Positions 40,180-50,155 of a stretch of 64,000 nucleotides of DNA are shown here, in pieces (position 1 is the stretch's first letter; every line of letters begins with the position of its first letter). The DNA is taken from the NCBI GenBank assembly GCA_963845565.1, contig CAWJSJ010000001.1, forward strand, positions 352,001-416,000, read 5' to 3'. Position numbers and translations under genes: made by a program. The notes below the pieces were generated by a model. That model was not told where the DNA came from. It worked only from the letters and a program-made list of their open reading frames with translations, and did not search any database. Source of the stretch: an uncultured Methylomirabilota bacterium (lineage in GTDB: Bacteria > Methylomirabilota > Methylomirabilia > Methylomirabilales > 2-02-FULL-66-22).

Positions 40180-41121
40180 ATGCCCCTCGCGATCGAGACG
40201 ACCAACCTCACCAGACGCTTCGGGGCCGCGACCGCGGTCCGCGCCCTGAATCTCCGCGTCCGGTCCGGGGAGATCTTCGGATTTCTGGGGCCAAACGGCG
40301 CCGGGAAGACCACCACGATCCGGATGCTGTGCGGCTTGTTGCTTCCGAGTGAGGGGACGGCGTGCGTGGCGGGGATGGATGTGACCCGCGATGCTGAGGC
40401 GATCAAGCTCCAGGTGGGTTACATGCCGCAGCGGTTCAGCCTGTACGGGGACTTGACCGTGGAGGAAAACCTGGACTTCTTTGCCGGTGTGTACCGCATC
40501 CCGGGACGGGAACGGAGACGGCGGGTGGCGAACACGTTGGAGCGCGTCGGCTTACTGGAGCGGCGTGCGGACCTCACGGAGCACCTGTCCGGAGGGCTCA
40601 AGCAGCGCTTGGCCCTGGGCTGTGCCCTGGTTCACGCGCCCGCCATCCTGTTCCTGGACGAGCCCACGGCCGGGGCGGACCCGTCGTCACGGCAGCAGAT
40701 GTGGGACCTGCTGTACCAGGCGGCCGGCGAGGGGCGAACGATCTTGGTTACCACCCACTATGTGGAAGAGGCGGAGCGATGTCAGACGATCGCCTTCATG
40801 CACGGCGGGCGGCTGATCGGTTCCGGCTCACCGGAACAATGCCGAGCCGAGATCGGCGAGGCCATCCTGGAGGTCGACGCCGTTCCCGTGATGCAGGCCG
40901 CCGAGGCGGTGCGGGGCATCGCCGGGGTGACGGGTGTCAGCATCTACGGGCACACGCTCCGAGTCTTCAGTCGGATGACCGAGGGGCTGGAAGGGGAGTT
41001 GGACGCGGCGCTGCGCGGGCGAGAGGTGGTGGTTCGCGGGATCCGCTCGGTGCCGCCCACGCTGGAGGACGTCTTCATGTCGCTCACCCGGACGGCGCCG
41101 GCTGACGTGCAGGACGCCTGA
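40180..41121 (+). CDS. ABC-2 type transporter ATP-binding protein
   Basis: GPNGAGKTT, LSGG, LFLDEPT. TTGACA-N18-TATAAG promoter at 40098-40127. Confidence 0.92.
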   Translation: MPLAIETTNLTRRFGAATAVRALNLRVRSGEIFGFLGPNGAGKTTTIRMLCGLLLPSEGTACVAGMDVTRDAEAIKLQVGYMPQRFSLYGDLTVEENLDFFAGVYRIPGRERRRRVANTLERVGLLERRADLTEHLSGGLKQRLALGCALVHAPAILFLDEPTAGADPSSRQQMWDLLYQAAGEGRTILVTTHYVEEAERCQTIAFMHGGRLIGSGSPEQCRAEIGEAILEVDAVPVMQAAEAVRGIAGVTGVSIYGHTLRVFSRMTEGLEGELDAALRGREVVVRGIRSVPPTLEDVFMSLTRTAPADVQDA

Positions 41122-41122
41122 C

Positions 41123-42268
41123 GTGCTGGCGGTGGTCGGCCACGTGGCACGGAAGGAGCTCCGCCAGATCCTGCGGGACCGCCGCAGTCTCGTGCTCATC
41201 CTGGTGATGCCCATCATCCTCACCTTTCTGTTCGGCAAAGCGCTGGAGACCGGCGAACTCGGTCACATCCCGTCGGTCATCCTGAACCTGGACGGATCCT
41301 CCGAGTCGAACCGGATCGCGTCGGCCTTCCGCACCTACGACGAGGTCCTGATCGAGCGGGAGGTGTCGACGCTGACGGAGGCCCAGGACCTCCTGGCGCG
41401 CGGCCAGATCAAGGCTGCGATCGTCATTCCCAAGGGCTTCCTGCAGCAGATTGAGGCGGGCGACGAGGCCCAGCTCCTGGTTCTCCTGGACGGGACGGAC
41501 AATACGTCGGCGCCGATCGTGGAAGGCGTGGCACAGCGGGTCATCCAGCGCTACAACACCGAGCGCGCGATCAGGGGCTTGTGGGAGCGCGGTGTGCGAC
41601 CGGACCGCGGGCGCCGGCTGATCCGGCCGGTTTTCGTGCAATCCGAGATCCGGTACAACCCGGGGCGCCAGTATCTGGGGTACGTGATGCCGGGCGTCAT
41701 CGGGCTCACGCTGCAGCTGCTGACCGTCATGCTGATGGCCATCACCATCCCCCGGGAGCGAGAACGGGGCACGCTCGACCAGCTCATGGCGTCGCCCATC
41801 ACGCGCCTCGAGCTGATCCTGGGGAAGCTCCTGCCGTTTTTCGGCATCTCGCTGCTCAACGTGGCGACCATCCTGTTCGTGACGGACCGCTGGTTCGGCA
41901 TCCCGGTGGCCGACAGGTTACCCCTGCTCGTGCTGCTGTGCGCGCTCTTCGTGCTCACCTCGTTGGCCACGGGCCTGCTCATCTCGGCGGTGTCCCGGTC
42001 CCAGTTCCAAGCGGTGCAGATCGCCGTCTTTTACGTTTTGCCGGTCTTCATGCTCTCGGGGGCGTACGCCCCCATCGAGGCGATCCCCGACTACATCCGC
42101 CCCATCTCCTTCCTGTTTCCGCTGATGTACTTCTCGCGAACGGTCCGGGCCGTGACGCTGCGCGGGGCCGACCTGGCCCAGATCTGGCCGGATGTGGCCA
42201 TTCTGGGCGGGTTCGTGGTGGTGTTCCTTTACTGGGCCATCCTGAGCTTCCACAAGCGGGTCAACTGA
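41123..42268 (+). CDS. ABC-2 type transporter permease
   Basis: KELRQILRD, YNP, RERERGTLDQL..SP. Confidence 0.9.
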   Translation: MLAVVGHVARKELRQILRDRRSLVLILVMPIILTFLFGKALETGELGHIPSVILNLDGSSESNRIASAFRTYDEVLIEREVSTLTEAQDLLARGQIKAAIVIPKGFLQQIEAGDEAQLLVLLDGTDNTSAPIVEGVAQRVIQRYNTERAIRGLWERGVRPDRGRRLIRPVFVQSEIRYNPGRQYLGYVMPGVIGLTLQLLTVMLMAITIPRERERGTLDQLMASPITRLELILGKLLPFFGISLLNVATILFVTDRWFGIPVADRLPLLVLLCALFVLTSLATGLLISAVSRSQFQAVQIAVFYVLPVFMLSGAYAPIEAIPDYIRPISFLFPLMYFSRTVRAVTLRGADLAQIWPDVAILGGFVVVFLYWAILSFHKRVN

Positions 42269-43403
42269 TCGGCTTGTCCCGCCTCTGGCCGAGCACCTCT
42301 CGGTAGTACGCCTCGTAGCGGGGCACGATCAGCGTTGTGTCGAACTGCTCCACGGCGCGCCGGCGGGCGGCCGCGCGGAACTCGGCGTGGCGCGACGCGT
42401 CGGTGAGGAGCGCAAGCGCCGCCGCGGCCATGCCGTCCACATCGCCCACGGGGAGAAGAAAACCGCTCTTGCCGTCCTCGACGACTTCCGGCACGCCACC
42501 CACGGCGGTCGCGATCACGGGGGTGCCGCAGCTCAAGCCCTCCAGCGCCGCCAGGCCGAATGCCTCGTCGGCGCTCGGGAGCAGGGTGAGGTCCGCTACG
42601 GCGAGGAGCGTTTCCACGTCGTCCTGTTTTCCCAGGAAGATGACGTCCGGCTTGACGCCCAAGGTCTCGGCCAGATGCAGGGCCTCCGGGCGATCCTGGC
42701 CGTCCCCGACGAGGAGGAGCCGCGCGGGCAGGGCGCCGCGGACCTTGGCGAACACTCGCACGGCATCGGGCGCGCGTTTCACGGCGCGGAAATTGGAGAG
42801 GTGGATCAGGATCCGCTCGCCGCGAGGCGCCAGGTGCTCCCGCAGGGTCGAATGCGGCGTGGGCCGGAAGCGCTGGGTGTCCACGAAGTTCGGGATCACG
42901 CGCATGGGGCGATCCAGATCGAACACCGCTCGAGTCTTGTCCAGCAGGTACTGAGAGACGCAGGTGACACCGTCGGATTGCTCCAGCGCAAAACGGGTCA
43001 TCGGGTAGAGGGAGCGGTCGTTGCCGACCAGGGTGATGTCGGTACCGTGTAGGGTGGTGACGATGCGCGGGGCATGGGCGCCCAGGATCGAGCGGGCCAG
43101 GAAGGCGGAGACGGCGTGGGGGATGGCGTAGTGCACGTGGAACAGATCCAGGCCCACCTGAGTCCCGACCTCGGACATCTTGGCCGCCAGCGCGATGGCG
43201 TAGGTGGAATGTTCCAGGAGGGGATAGCTCACCATCTCCACTTCGTGAAAGAAGATGCGGGCGTCGTAGTGCTGGAGGCGGAACGGCAACGAATAGCTGA
43301 TGAAGTGGATCTGGTGCCCGCGTTGAGCCATGGCCTTGCCCAGTTCGGTGGCCACGACGCCGCTCCCGCCATAGGTGGGATAGCAGGTGACGCCGATGTT
43401 CAT
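42261..43403 (-). CDS. bshA: N-acetyl-alpha-D-glucosaminyl L-malate synthase
   Basis: MNIGVTCYPTYGGSGVVATELG, HVHYAIPHA, TTLHGTDITLVG, SNFRAVKR. Confidence 0.93.
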   Translation of the reverse strand: MNIGVTCYPTYGGSGVVATELGKAMAQRGHQIHFISYSLPFRLQHYDARIFFHEVEMVSYPLLEHSTYAIALAAKMSEVGTQVGLDLFHVHYAIPHAVSAFLARSILGAHAPRIVTTLHGTDITLVGNDRSLYPMTRFALEQSDGVTCVSQYLLDKTRAVFDLDRPMRVIPNFVDTQRFRPTPHSTLREHLAPRGERILIHLSNFRAVKRAPDAVRVFAKVRGALPARLLLVGDGQDRPEALHLAETLGVKPDVIFLGKQDDVETLLAVADLTLLPSADEAFGLAALEGLSCGTPVIATAVGGVPEVVEDGKSGFLLPVGDVDGMAAAALALLTDASRHAEFRAAARRRAVEQFDTTLIVPRYEAYYREVLGQRRDKPIS

Positions 43404-43417
43404 CGGAGGGCCTCCCA

Positions 43418-45088
43418 TCAGGGGGTTTCCGCCGGCGCATCCGGACGACCCAGGGTGCCGCCCGGGATGGTCACCAGCCGGTGGTCCCAGCCTGGGGAAT
43501 CGATGGACGCGCGCAGCGACGTCAGCAGGGTCGGTCCGTACTTCGCGAGAAACGGGAGGACGGGATAGACGCGTTCCTGGAGCTTTCCACCCGGCATGAG
43601 CGCGTCCCGGAGGCGGTGGAGCTGTTGCCGGGTATCCGCTTCCCGTCGCTTGAGCGCCTGGACGGCCTTTTTTTCGAGCTGGTCCAGGTGGCCCTTGACG
43701 TGCCCGCCGGTTTGCCCCGCCGTGGCCCGTAGCGTCGGGTCCACCCCGGCGACCGCCTCGCCCAGGCGCCGAAAGATCTCGTCCACTCCCTGCCGGGCTG
43801 CGGCCAGCGTCGCCCCCAGGTCGGGTGGCAGCTGCGCCCGCAGGAGGCGGCTGGCGAGCTGCTCCGGCTCTGCGGCGAGGTCCTGGAGGGATACCTGAAA
43901 GCGATCCAGGAGTTGGACGACCCGCGGGTCCAGCAGGCTCAGGCTGGCCCGGGGCACGATGGCAGGCATGGGGACGCCGAAGGCGGCATACACCGGTCGG
44001 AGCTGGGCGAAGTAGGTCAGCTCGCCCGGGCCGGCGACGTAGGCCAGCGTGGGGAACAGTGTATCCTGCACCACGGGGCGAAGCGCCACGTTGGGGCTGA
44101 ACTGTTCGGGGGCCTCCTGGACCATCCGGAGGAGAGCCGCCGGGGCGATCACCGCGCCGGTGTCTCGCAGCCGGAACCCCGCCGGATCTCGGACCAGCGG
44201 GCGGCGACCCTCGGCAAGAAGGAAGCAATTCACCCCGTCGGGCCGCGCCTCGATCTGCGTCGGGTATCCCTGGGCGCGCAGGGCGCGGCTCACCTCCAGG
44301 ATGGCTGCGGAGGTCCCCGGGGCCTCCTCCACCTCGCGCCGGAAGATTCCGGCGGCCAGTCGTTTCAGGCCGTGGTCGGCCGCGTCCACCAGGACCAGGC
44401 CGGTCTCTCCGAGGAGGGAGGTCATCCAGCACGCGAATGCCTCGGCGAGGGTTCGCTCGGGGGCATAGGCCTGCGCGAGGGCGTCACGCAACGGGCCGCT
44501 GAATTCGGTGGCGGGCAGCGACTCCCACAGGCGCGCCAGCGTGTCTTGGATGGCGGGTCCAAGGCGGAGGTTCGCGGGCATGAATCCACCCGGCGGCTCC
44601 CCCCAGGCGGTGTGCCGAATCTGGACCAGGTTGCCGCTCCGGTCCAGCACCTGCACGTGGTCCGCCTCGGCCACGTCGTGGTCCTCGGATGCCATCCAGA
44701 AGAGCGGAACGACGGGGCGGTGCAGCGCACGCTCCAGGTCCGCCGCAAGCGCGACGGCGGTGAGCGCCTTGTACAGGGTGAAGAGCGGACCGCCGAAGAG
44801 CCCCGTTTGTTGCCCTGTGAGCACCGCCAACCCCTGAGGTGCACACAGTTCGTCGATCCGCCGCCGTGCGATGGGCGGCGCACCCCAGGCTGCCTGTTGC
44901 GCCAACAGGACGTCGCGCAGCTCGGTGCGGCGATACTCCCGCTCGCTGCAGACCTTTGCCAGCGCGGCATAGGTTCCGTTGGCGTGGGGATTCTGGGCAA
45001 AAAAAGAGGATACGCGGTCGAAATGGTGGACATAATCTCGGACCAGCGGGGAACATCCCGGCATATCCTTGATGTTTAGTCGGGTCAT
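43418..45088 (-). CDS. bshC: Bacillithiol cysteine-adding enzyme
   Basis: TGQQTGLFGGPLFTLYKA, FWMASEDHD, FSPNVALRPV, YVAGPGE..YFAQ, LQER. Confidence 0.92.
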   Translation of the reverse strand: MTRLNIKDMPGCSPLVRDYVHHFDRVSSFFAQNPHANGTYAALAKVCSEREYRRTELRDVLLAQQAAWGAPPIARRRIDELCAPQGLAVLTGQQTGLFGGPLFTLYKALTAVALAADLERALHRPVVPLFWMASEDHDVAEADHVQVLDRSGNLVQIRHTAWGEPPGGFMPANLRLGPAIQDTLARLWESLPATEFSGPLRDALAQAYAPERTLAEAFACWMTSLLGETGLVLVDAADHGLKRLAAGIFRREVEEAPGTSAAILEVSRALRAQGYPTQIEARPDGVNCFLLAEGRRPLVRDPAGFRLRDTGAVIAPAALLRMVQEAPEQFSPNVALRPVVQDTLFPTLAYVAGPGELTYFAQLRPVYAAFGVPMPAIVPRASLSLLDPRVVQLLDRFQVSLQDLAAEPEQLASRLLRAQLPPDLGATLAAARQGVDEIFRRLGEAVAGVDPTLRATAGQTGGHVKGHLDQLEKKAVQALKRREADTRQQLHRLRDALMPGGKLQERVYPVLPFLAKYGPTLLTSLRASIDSPGWDHRLVTIPGGTLGRPDAPAETP

Positions 45089-45364
45089 GAGCCGTCCTTC
45101 GCTTTAGCCGATCGGGACGCGACGTCCCTCGAGTTGTCCTCGCCCGTGCGGATGGAGGAACTATTTTCCGCCGGCCAGGTCTTATCAGGATATGATGCTT
45201 GGCATGCCGTGGTCAAGTCGGCAAACATCGTCACCGGGCGACGTGCTGGACAGGCGGTTGGGGGGGCCAATGGCGGCAGGACCCGGCAACCATGAGACCT
45301 GGCGAGGGTTTTGCTTGACGGTGGTTTCCTACATTTGCTATAAAAACCCGATGGGTCTACACCG

Positions 45365-46081
45365 ATGAACGCATTGAGTCTCATTCTGCAAGCCGGCATC
45401 GTCGCCAAGGGTGTCCTGGGCGTCCTGTTGGTATTTTCCCTGGCCTCCTGGACTATCATCTTCCTCAAGATCAGAGCGCTCGGGCGCGTCGATCGGCAGG
45501 ATGAGCGCCTCTGGAAGCTGTTTCGCGAGGGGAAACAGCTTGCCACGGTGTACGAGGATTCGCGCCGATTTTCGCACAGCCCACTGGCGTCTCTCTTCCG
45601 GGAAGGTTACCGCGAGCTCAGCTTGGCCTTGAAAGGCAATCCCGGTTCGGGTGGACAACCCGGCGGCGAAGCGGCGGTGAAGCCGCTGGATATGTCCCCA
45701 GACAACCTCCTGGCGAGGCTGGGGCGGACGCTGCGGCACGCCAGTCTGCGCGAGATTGCGGGGCTGGAGCGGTCTCTGATTTTCCTGGCGACGACGGGAA
45801 ACATCACCCCCTTCATCGGGCTGTTCGGGACGGTCTGGGGGATCATGGATGCCTTCCACGGCATCGCGATGACGGGGTCCGCCAATCTCGGGGCGGTGGC
45901 ACCGGGCATCGCCGAAGCGCTCATCACCACGGCGGCCGGCCTGGCCGTGGCCATCCCCGGCGTGATCGCGTACAACTACTTCCTCAACCGGATCAAGGGC
46001 GCCGCGACACGGATGGACCTGTTCGGGCTGGAGTTTCTCGGGACGGCGGAACGGATCATCCACCGAGCCGGTCGAACCTAG
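45365..46081 (+). CDS. tolQ: MotA/TolQ/ExbB proton channel
   Basis: PFIGLFGTVWGIM..F, VAPGIAEALITTAAGL. Confidence 0.9.
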   Translation: MNALSLILQAGIVAKGVLGVLLVFSLASWTIIFLKIRALGRVDRQDERLWKLFREGKQLATVYEDSRRFSHSPLASLFREGYRELSLALKGNPGSGGQPGGEAAVKPLDMSPDNLLARLGRTLRHASLREIAGLERSLIFLATTGNITPFIGLFGTVWGIMDAFHGIAMTGSANLGAVAPGIAEALITTAAGLAVAIPGVIAYNYFLNRIKGAATRMDLFGLEFLGTAERIIHRAGRT

Positions 46082-46118
46082 TTTGGCGCCGCGCCTCCTG
46101 GCGCGGTCCGAGGCCGAA

Positions 46119-46553
46119 ATGGCAGCGAAACCCATGGACATCGGGGGCGAGACCCGGCTGGGTCCGGCCCTGGCGGAGATCAACATCACGCCGTTCGTGG
46201 ACGTGGTGTTGGTGCTCCTGGTGATCTTTCTGATCACGGCCCCCATGATGTTGGGCGGGATCGACGTCCGGGTTCCGAAGACGGAGACGCGCACCTCGCA
46301 GCCTGAGGAGCGGCTCGTTCTCACGGTGACCAGAGATCGCGGCGTCTACCTGGAGAACCAAGCCATCAGCCTGGATCGGCTGTCCAAAGTCCTGAACGGC
46401 ATGGTTCAGCGAAACCCCAAGGCGTCGGTCTTCCTCAAGGCAGATGAGGCGGTGGCCTACGGGGCGGTCATGAAGGTCATGGATGTGATCAAGAAGGCCG
46501 GGATCGATCGGGTCGGCATGGTGACAGAACCGGTCGGCCCGGGCGGGAGATGA
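46119..46553 (+). CDS. tolR: TolR/ExbD
   Basis: EINITPFVDVVLVLLVIF, KADEAVAYG.VM. Confidence 0.9.
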   Translation: MAAKPMDIGGETRLGPALAEINITPFVDVVLVLLVIFLITAPMMLGGIDVRVPKTETRTSQPEERLVLTVTRDRGVYLENQAISLDRLSKVLNGMVQRNPKASVFLKADEAVAYGAVMKVMDVIKKAGIDRVGMVTEPVGPGGR

Positions 46554-46560
46554 TGCGGCC

Positions 46561-47427
46561 ATGACGGCGTCGGCCGACCGGCTGGTGACGTCCGGTCCGC
46601 GCCCAACCGAACTGTGGCTGACCCTCGGCCTATCGATTCTGCTCCACGGGTTACTCACGGTGGCGGTCGTGTTCGTGCCGCGGTTCCACGGCGGCACCTA
46701 CTTGACCGTGCCGGTGAGTTATGAGGTCAATCTGGTTTCGACGGCGCCGGGCGGCCGCGCCGGAGGATCCGCCCCGGCTGCCAGACCAGCGACGCCCCCT
46801 CTGGCCCCCCAAGCGCCGCCGGTCTCAGCGCCACGAGCGATTCCAGCGCCACCGCCGGCTGCCCGGCCGAGCGAGGAACTGACGCTTCCCGGGAAACGGC
46901 CGCTGAAGCAGACCCCGACGGAGGTCGAGCCCTCCTTGCGCCCCCCGCCCGCGACCGGAAGAGACGTCCGTCGGCCCGCGCCCGTGGAAGCGAGGCCGCA
47001 GGGACCGACCGGGCCGACACCGAGTCCCGTGGTCGCCTCGGCGGGACCCGCGACGGCTCCGGCCGCGACGACGGCCACCGGTTCCGGGAAGGGGAGCGGC
47101 GTAGAATTGGCCGGTGGGGAAAAGGGCGACGGCTCCGGGGGGTCGGCGCTCGGCTACTACCTCGGCTTGGTGGACTACAAGATCAGTGGAAACTGGGTCC
47201 CGGTCGGGACCGGAGCGGCGCGCGACATGGTCGTCGTGATCCGGTTCCGGGTCCTGCGTTCGGGTGTTGTCCGGGATGTGGAACTGGAGACCACCTCCGG
47301 GGACGCGGGCATGGACAACGCTGCGCTGCGTGCGGTCCGGCAGAGTGTGCCGTTGCCGCCGTTTCCGAATCTGCTCACTGAACCCTCTCTGAACTTGCGG
47401 TACCGTTTTGTGATGGAGCGTGGATAA
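46561..47427 (+). CDS. tolA: TolA/TonB C-terminal domain protein
   Basis: SILLH TM anchor, Pro-rich linker, SGD..MD.AALRAV; lies between tolR and tolB. Confidence 0.75.
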   Translation: MTASADRLVTSGPRPTELWLTLGLSILLHGLLTVAVVFVPRFHGGTYLTVPVSYEVNLVSTAPGGRAGGSAPAARPATPPLAPQAPPVSAPRAIPAPPPAARPSEELTLPGKRPLKQTPTEVEPSLRPPPATGRDVRRPAPVEARPQGPTGPTPSPVVASAGPATAPAATTATGSGKGSGVELAGGEKGDGSGGSALGYYLGLVDYKISGNWVPVGTGAARDMVVVIRFRVLRSGVVRDVELETTSGDAGMDNAALRAVRQSVPLPPFPNLLTEPSLNLRYRFVMERG

Positions 47428-48722
47428 TGTGGAGACTTCACTGGATCGCCCTGGCGGCGATCGGTTGTGCGATTCTGGCGTCTGGCGCTCAAGCTCAGGT
47501 GATTGATCGAGAACTGCGGGAGCGGGTCGCCCCCAAGTTCACGATCGCCCTCGGGGGTTTCGCGTCCTTCACCTTGAACGGGGAGGAACTGGGGAAGGTC
47601 GGGGCGTCGGTTCTGGCGAGTGACCTCAAGTTCTCGACGATCTTCGACGTCATGGAGGGGTCCATCCTTCCGTTCGATCCCGCCACCATCCAGCCGGACC
47701 AGGAGCGGGTGGCGCTGCCGGGTTTGGCGGCGCTGAAGGTGCAGCATCTGGCGGTCGGGTATCTGTCCAGCCGGGGTCGCGAGGCCGTGCTGGAGGGGCG
47801 CCTGTTCGACGTATCGTCCGGGAACATGGTGTTCGGGAAGCGGTATATCGGCGACGCCAAGTTCTTCCGGCTGATCGTGCACCGGTTTGCCGACGATATC
47901 ATGTTCAATCTCACCGGGGAAAAGGGGGTGGCCCAGACCCGGATCGCCTTCGTCTCGGGGACGAGCCGGACCGCCAAGGAACTGTACGTCATCGACTACG
48001 ACGGGGCGAGCCCGTCGCCGATCACCGGGAACCAGTCCATCAACCTCTCGCCGCGCTGGTCTCCGGACGGGCGGCTCATCGCGTACACGTCGTACCGGAA
48101 CGGCAATCCCGATCTGTACCTGCTGAATTTCGACAGCGGGCGACGGGATGTCCTGTCCCAACAGCGGGGGCTGAACGCCACACCCGGCTGGTCGCCGGAT
48201 GGTCAATGGCTCGCGGTCGCGATGAGTGCGGGTGGGGGGACCAATCTGTTCCTCATGTCGAAAAACGGGGGGACGCCGAAGCCGTTAACAACCGGACCCG
48301 CCATCTCAGTATCCCCGTCTTTTTCGCCCAACGGGCGACAGATCGTCTTCAACTCGGATCGGGGGGGGACGCCGCAGGTCTACGTCATGGACGTGGACGG
48401 TTCCAACCTGCGCCGGGTGACCTTCCAGGGATCCTACAACGCCTCCCCGCGCTGGTCGCCGCGCGGCGAGAAGATCGCGTTCATGTGCCGGGCCGGCGGA
48501 AATCAGATTTGCCTGGCCAACCCCGACGGCTCCGGCATTCAGCAGTTGACCTCGGCCGGGAACAATGAGGAGCCGACTTGGTCCCCCAACGGGCGGCACA
48601 TCGTATTCACCTCGACCCGCGCGGGTCAGCGGGACCTCTTCGTGATGCACGCGGATGGCTCAGAGCAGCGCCGGCTGACGAACAACGGACGGGAGAATTA
48701 CCTGGCGGATTGGGGGCCGTAG
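47427..48722 (+). CDS. tolB: TolB beta-propeller protein
   Basis: HRFADDI, TRIAFV, repeated P.WSPDG units. Confidence 0.92.
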   Translation: MWRLHWIALAAIGCAILASGAQAQVIDRELRERVAPKFTIALGGFASFTLNGEELGKVGASVLASDLKFSTIFDVMEGSILPFDPATIQPDQERVALPGLAALKVQHLAVGYLSSRGREAVLEGRLFDVSSGNMVFGKRYIGDAKFFRLIVHRFADDIMFNLTGEKGVAQTRIAFVSGTSRTAKELYVIDYDGASPSPITGNQSINLSPRWSPDGRLIAYTSYRNGNPDLYLLNFDSGRRDVLSQQRGLNATPGWSPDGQWLAVAMSAGGGTNLFLMSKNGGTPKPLTTGPAISVSPSFSPNGRQIVFNSDRGGTPQVYVMDVDGSNLRRVTFQGSYNASPRWSPRGEKIAFMCRAGGNQICLANPDGSGIQQLTSAGNNEEPTWSPNGRHIVFTSTRAGQRDLFVMHADGSEQRRLTNNGRENYLADWGP

Positions 48723-48840
48723 GGACCGCCGTGCTCCACGAAAGAACGATCGGGACGGCGGCGCCCGGCGACAGTATTCGGAAAGGCGCTCCGAGATCTC
48801 GCATCCCGCGAGAGGTCGAGAGGGCCGCTCAGGAGGCAAC

Positions 48841-49944
48841 GTGGTGCTGGAGATGACGAGAATGGCCTGGGAACAGCGGCGCGGGACCTGGGTGCTTCTG
48901 GGCGCCCTGACGTTTCTGGCGGGCTGCGCGACCAATGAGGACATCCTGGCGATCCGGCGCGACATGCTGGCGCTCCGGACTGAGGTCGCGTCGCTCAGCA
49001 GAGCCAATCAGAGCTCGCGGGACTTCACCGAGGAACGGCTCCGGAAAGTGGAAGCGGACGTGCGGGGCCGCGTCGAGTCGTCGGCCAAGGAGAGCGAGGG
49101 GTCGCGGGTCGCCCTGAACCAGCGGCTGGAGGAACTGACCACAGAGACGCGGTTTGCGCAAGGGAAGATGGAGGAGAGCGCCTCGGTCTTGCGGGACCTC
49201 CAAACCCGGATCGACGAGGTGGATCAGCGGGGTCGCCAAACCAATCAACGGATCGAGGCGATGGACCAGCAGGTGAAGCTCCAAGCGGCGCGGTTGCAGG
49301 CGGTGGAGCAACCAAGACCGCCGACGCCGCCACCAGCAGTCGCCCAGCCCGGACCAGCAGTTCCACCGGGAACAACGGCACCGGCCCCCGGCCAGCCCCC
49401 CGTGGCGGCAGCCCCGGCGGTACCGACAGCGCCGGCCGCACCGACAGCACCGGTTGCACCACCCGCGCCACCCGCGCCCCAACCCCCGGCGGCTCCCGCC
49501 CCGCCCCCGCCGCCCGCCGCCCCGGCGGCTCCTGTGCCGGCCCCACCGGCGGCTCGGCCGCAGCCGACGCTCCCGCCCGAGGATCTCTATAAGGCGGCCC
49601 TGAGCGACTACACGAAGGGCGATTACGACCTGGCCATCACCGGGTTCCGGACCTATGTCAAGGCGTATCCGCGGACCAGCCTGACCCCCAACGCCCAGTA
49701 TTGGCTTGGAGAGTGCTTTTTCAGCCAAAAGAACTATGCGCAGGCGGTCGAGGAATTCGACGTGGTGGTCCGTGAGTATCCGGACAACCCGAAGGTGCCG
49801 AGCGCCCTCTTCAAGCAAGGGGAGGCCTACTTGCAGATGGGGGACACCAAGCAGGCGACCACCGCCCTGTGCGAGTTGATCGCGAAACACGGCAAGACCC
49901 GCGAGGCGCGACTGGCGCGCGACAAGAACGTGCGCTGTCGCTGA
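48841..49944 (+). CDS. cpoB: Cell-division coordinator CpoB/YbgF, lipoprotein with Pro/Ala linker
   Basis: Lipobox LAGC, coiled coil, TPR end (YP.....NAQYWLGE, YPDNPKVPSALFK). Confidence 0.85.
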   Translation: MVLEMTRMAWEQRRGTWVLLGALTFLAGCATNEDILAIRRDMLALRTEVASLSRANQSSRDFTEERLRKVEADVRGRVESSAKESEGSRVALNQRLEELTTETRFAQGKMEESASVLRDLQTRIDEVDQRGRQTNQRIEAMDQQVKLQAARLQAVEQPRPPTPPPAVAQPGPAVPPGTTAPAPGQPPVAAAPAVPTAPAAPTAPVAPPAPPAPQPPAAPAPPPPPAAPAAPVPAPPAARPQPTLPPEDLYKAALSDYTKGDYDLAITGFRTYVKAYPRTSLTPNAQYWLGECFFSQKNYAQAVEEFDVVVREYPDNPKVPSALFKQGEAYLQMGDTKQATTALCELIAKHGKTREARLARDKNVRCR

Positions 49945-49969
49945 GCGGGGCGGCCCGGGGAACGAAGAG

Positions 49970-50016
49970 AAAACCAACGGCGGCTCACTCGGTAGAGTGA
50001 GCCGCCGTTGGTTTTT
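49970..50016. terminator. Bidirectional intrinsic terminator between convergent cpoB and dnaA
   Basis: AAAACCAACGGCGGCTCACTC-GGTA-GAGTGAGCCGCCGTTGGTTTT. Confidence 0.85.
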
Positions 50017-50053
50017 GCGGCTGGGCGCGGCCCGCCGACCTTGCTATGGTCGC

Positions 50054-50137
50054 TACGCCGGTGTCACAGAATGACTTGGCCGGAGAAATCCCGGAAACGG
50101 CATGAGGAGCCGTACCGAAATTCCAGAAAATGGAGAA
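50054..50137. repeat. Interspersed palindromic repeat, copy 1 (partial)
   Basis: ~68 bp aligns with 63691-63757 (about 10 differences by manual alignment). Confidence 0.75.
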
Positions 50138-50155
50138 GGCACTTGGTAAGGGCGC

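Noticed and set aside
49320..49575. Repetitive GC-rich DNA as CRISPR or tandem array
   Set aside because: It encodes the Pro/Ala linker of CpoB; there is no repeat-spacer periodicity and no cas genes in the window.
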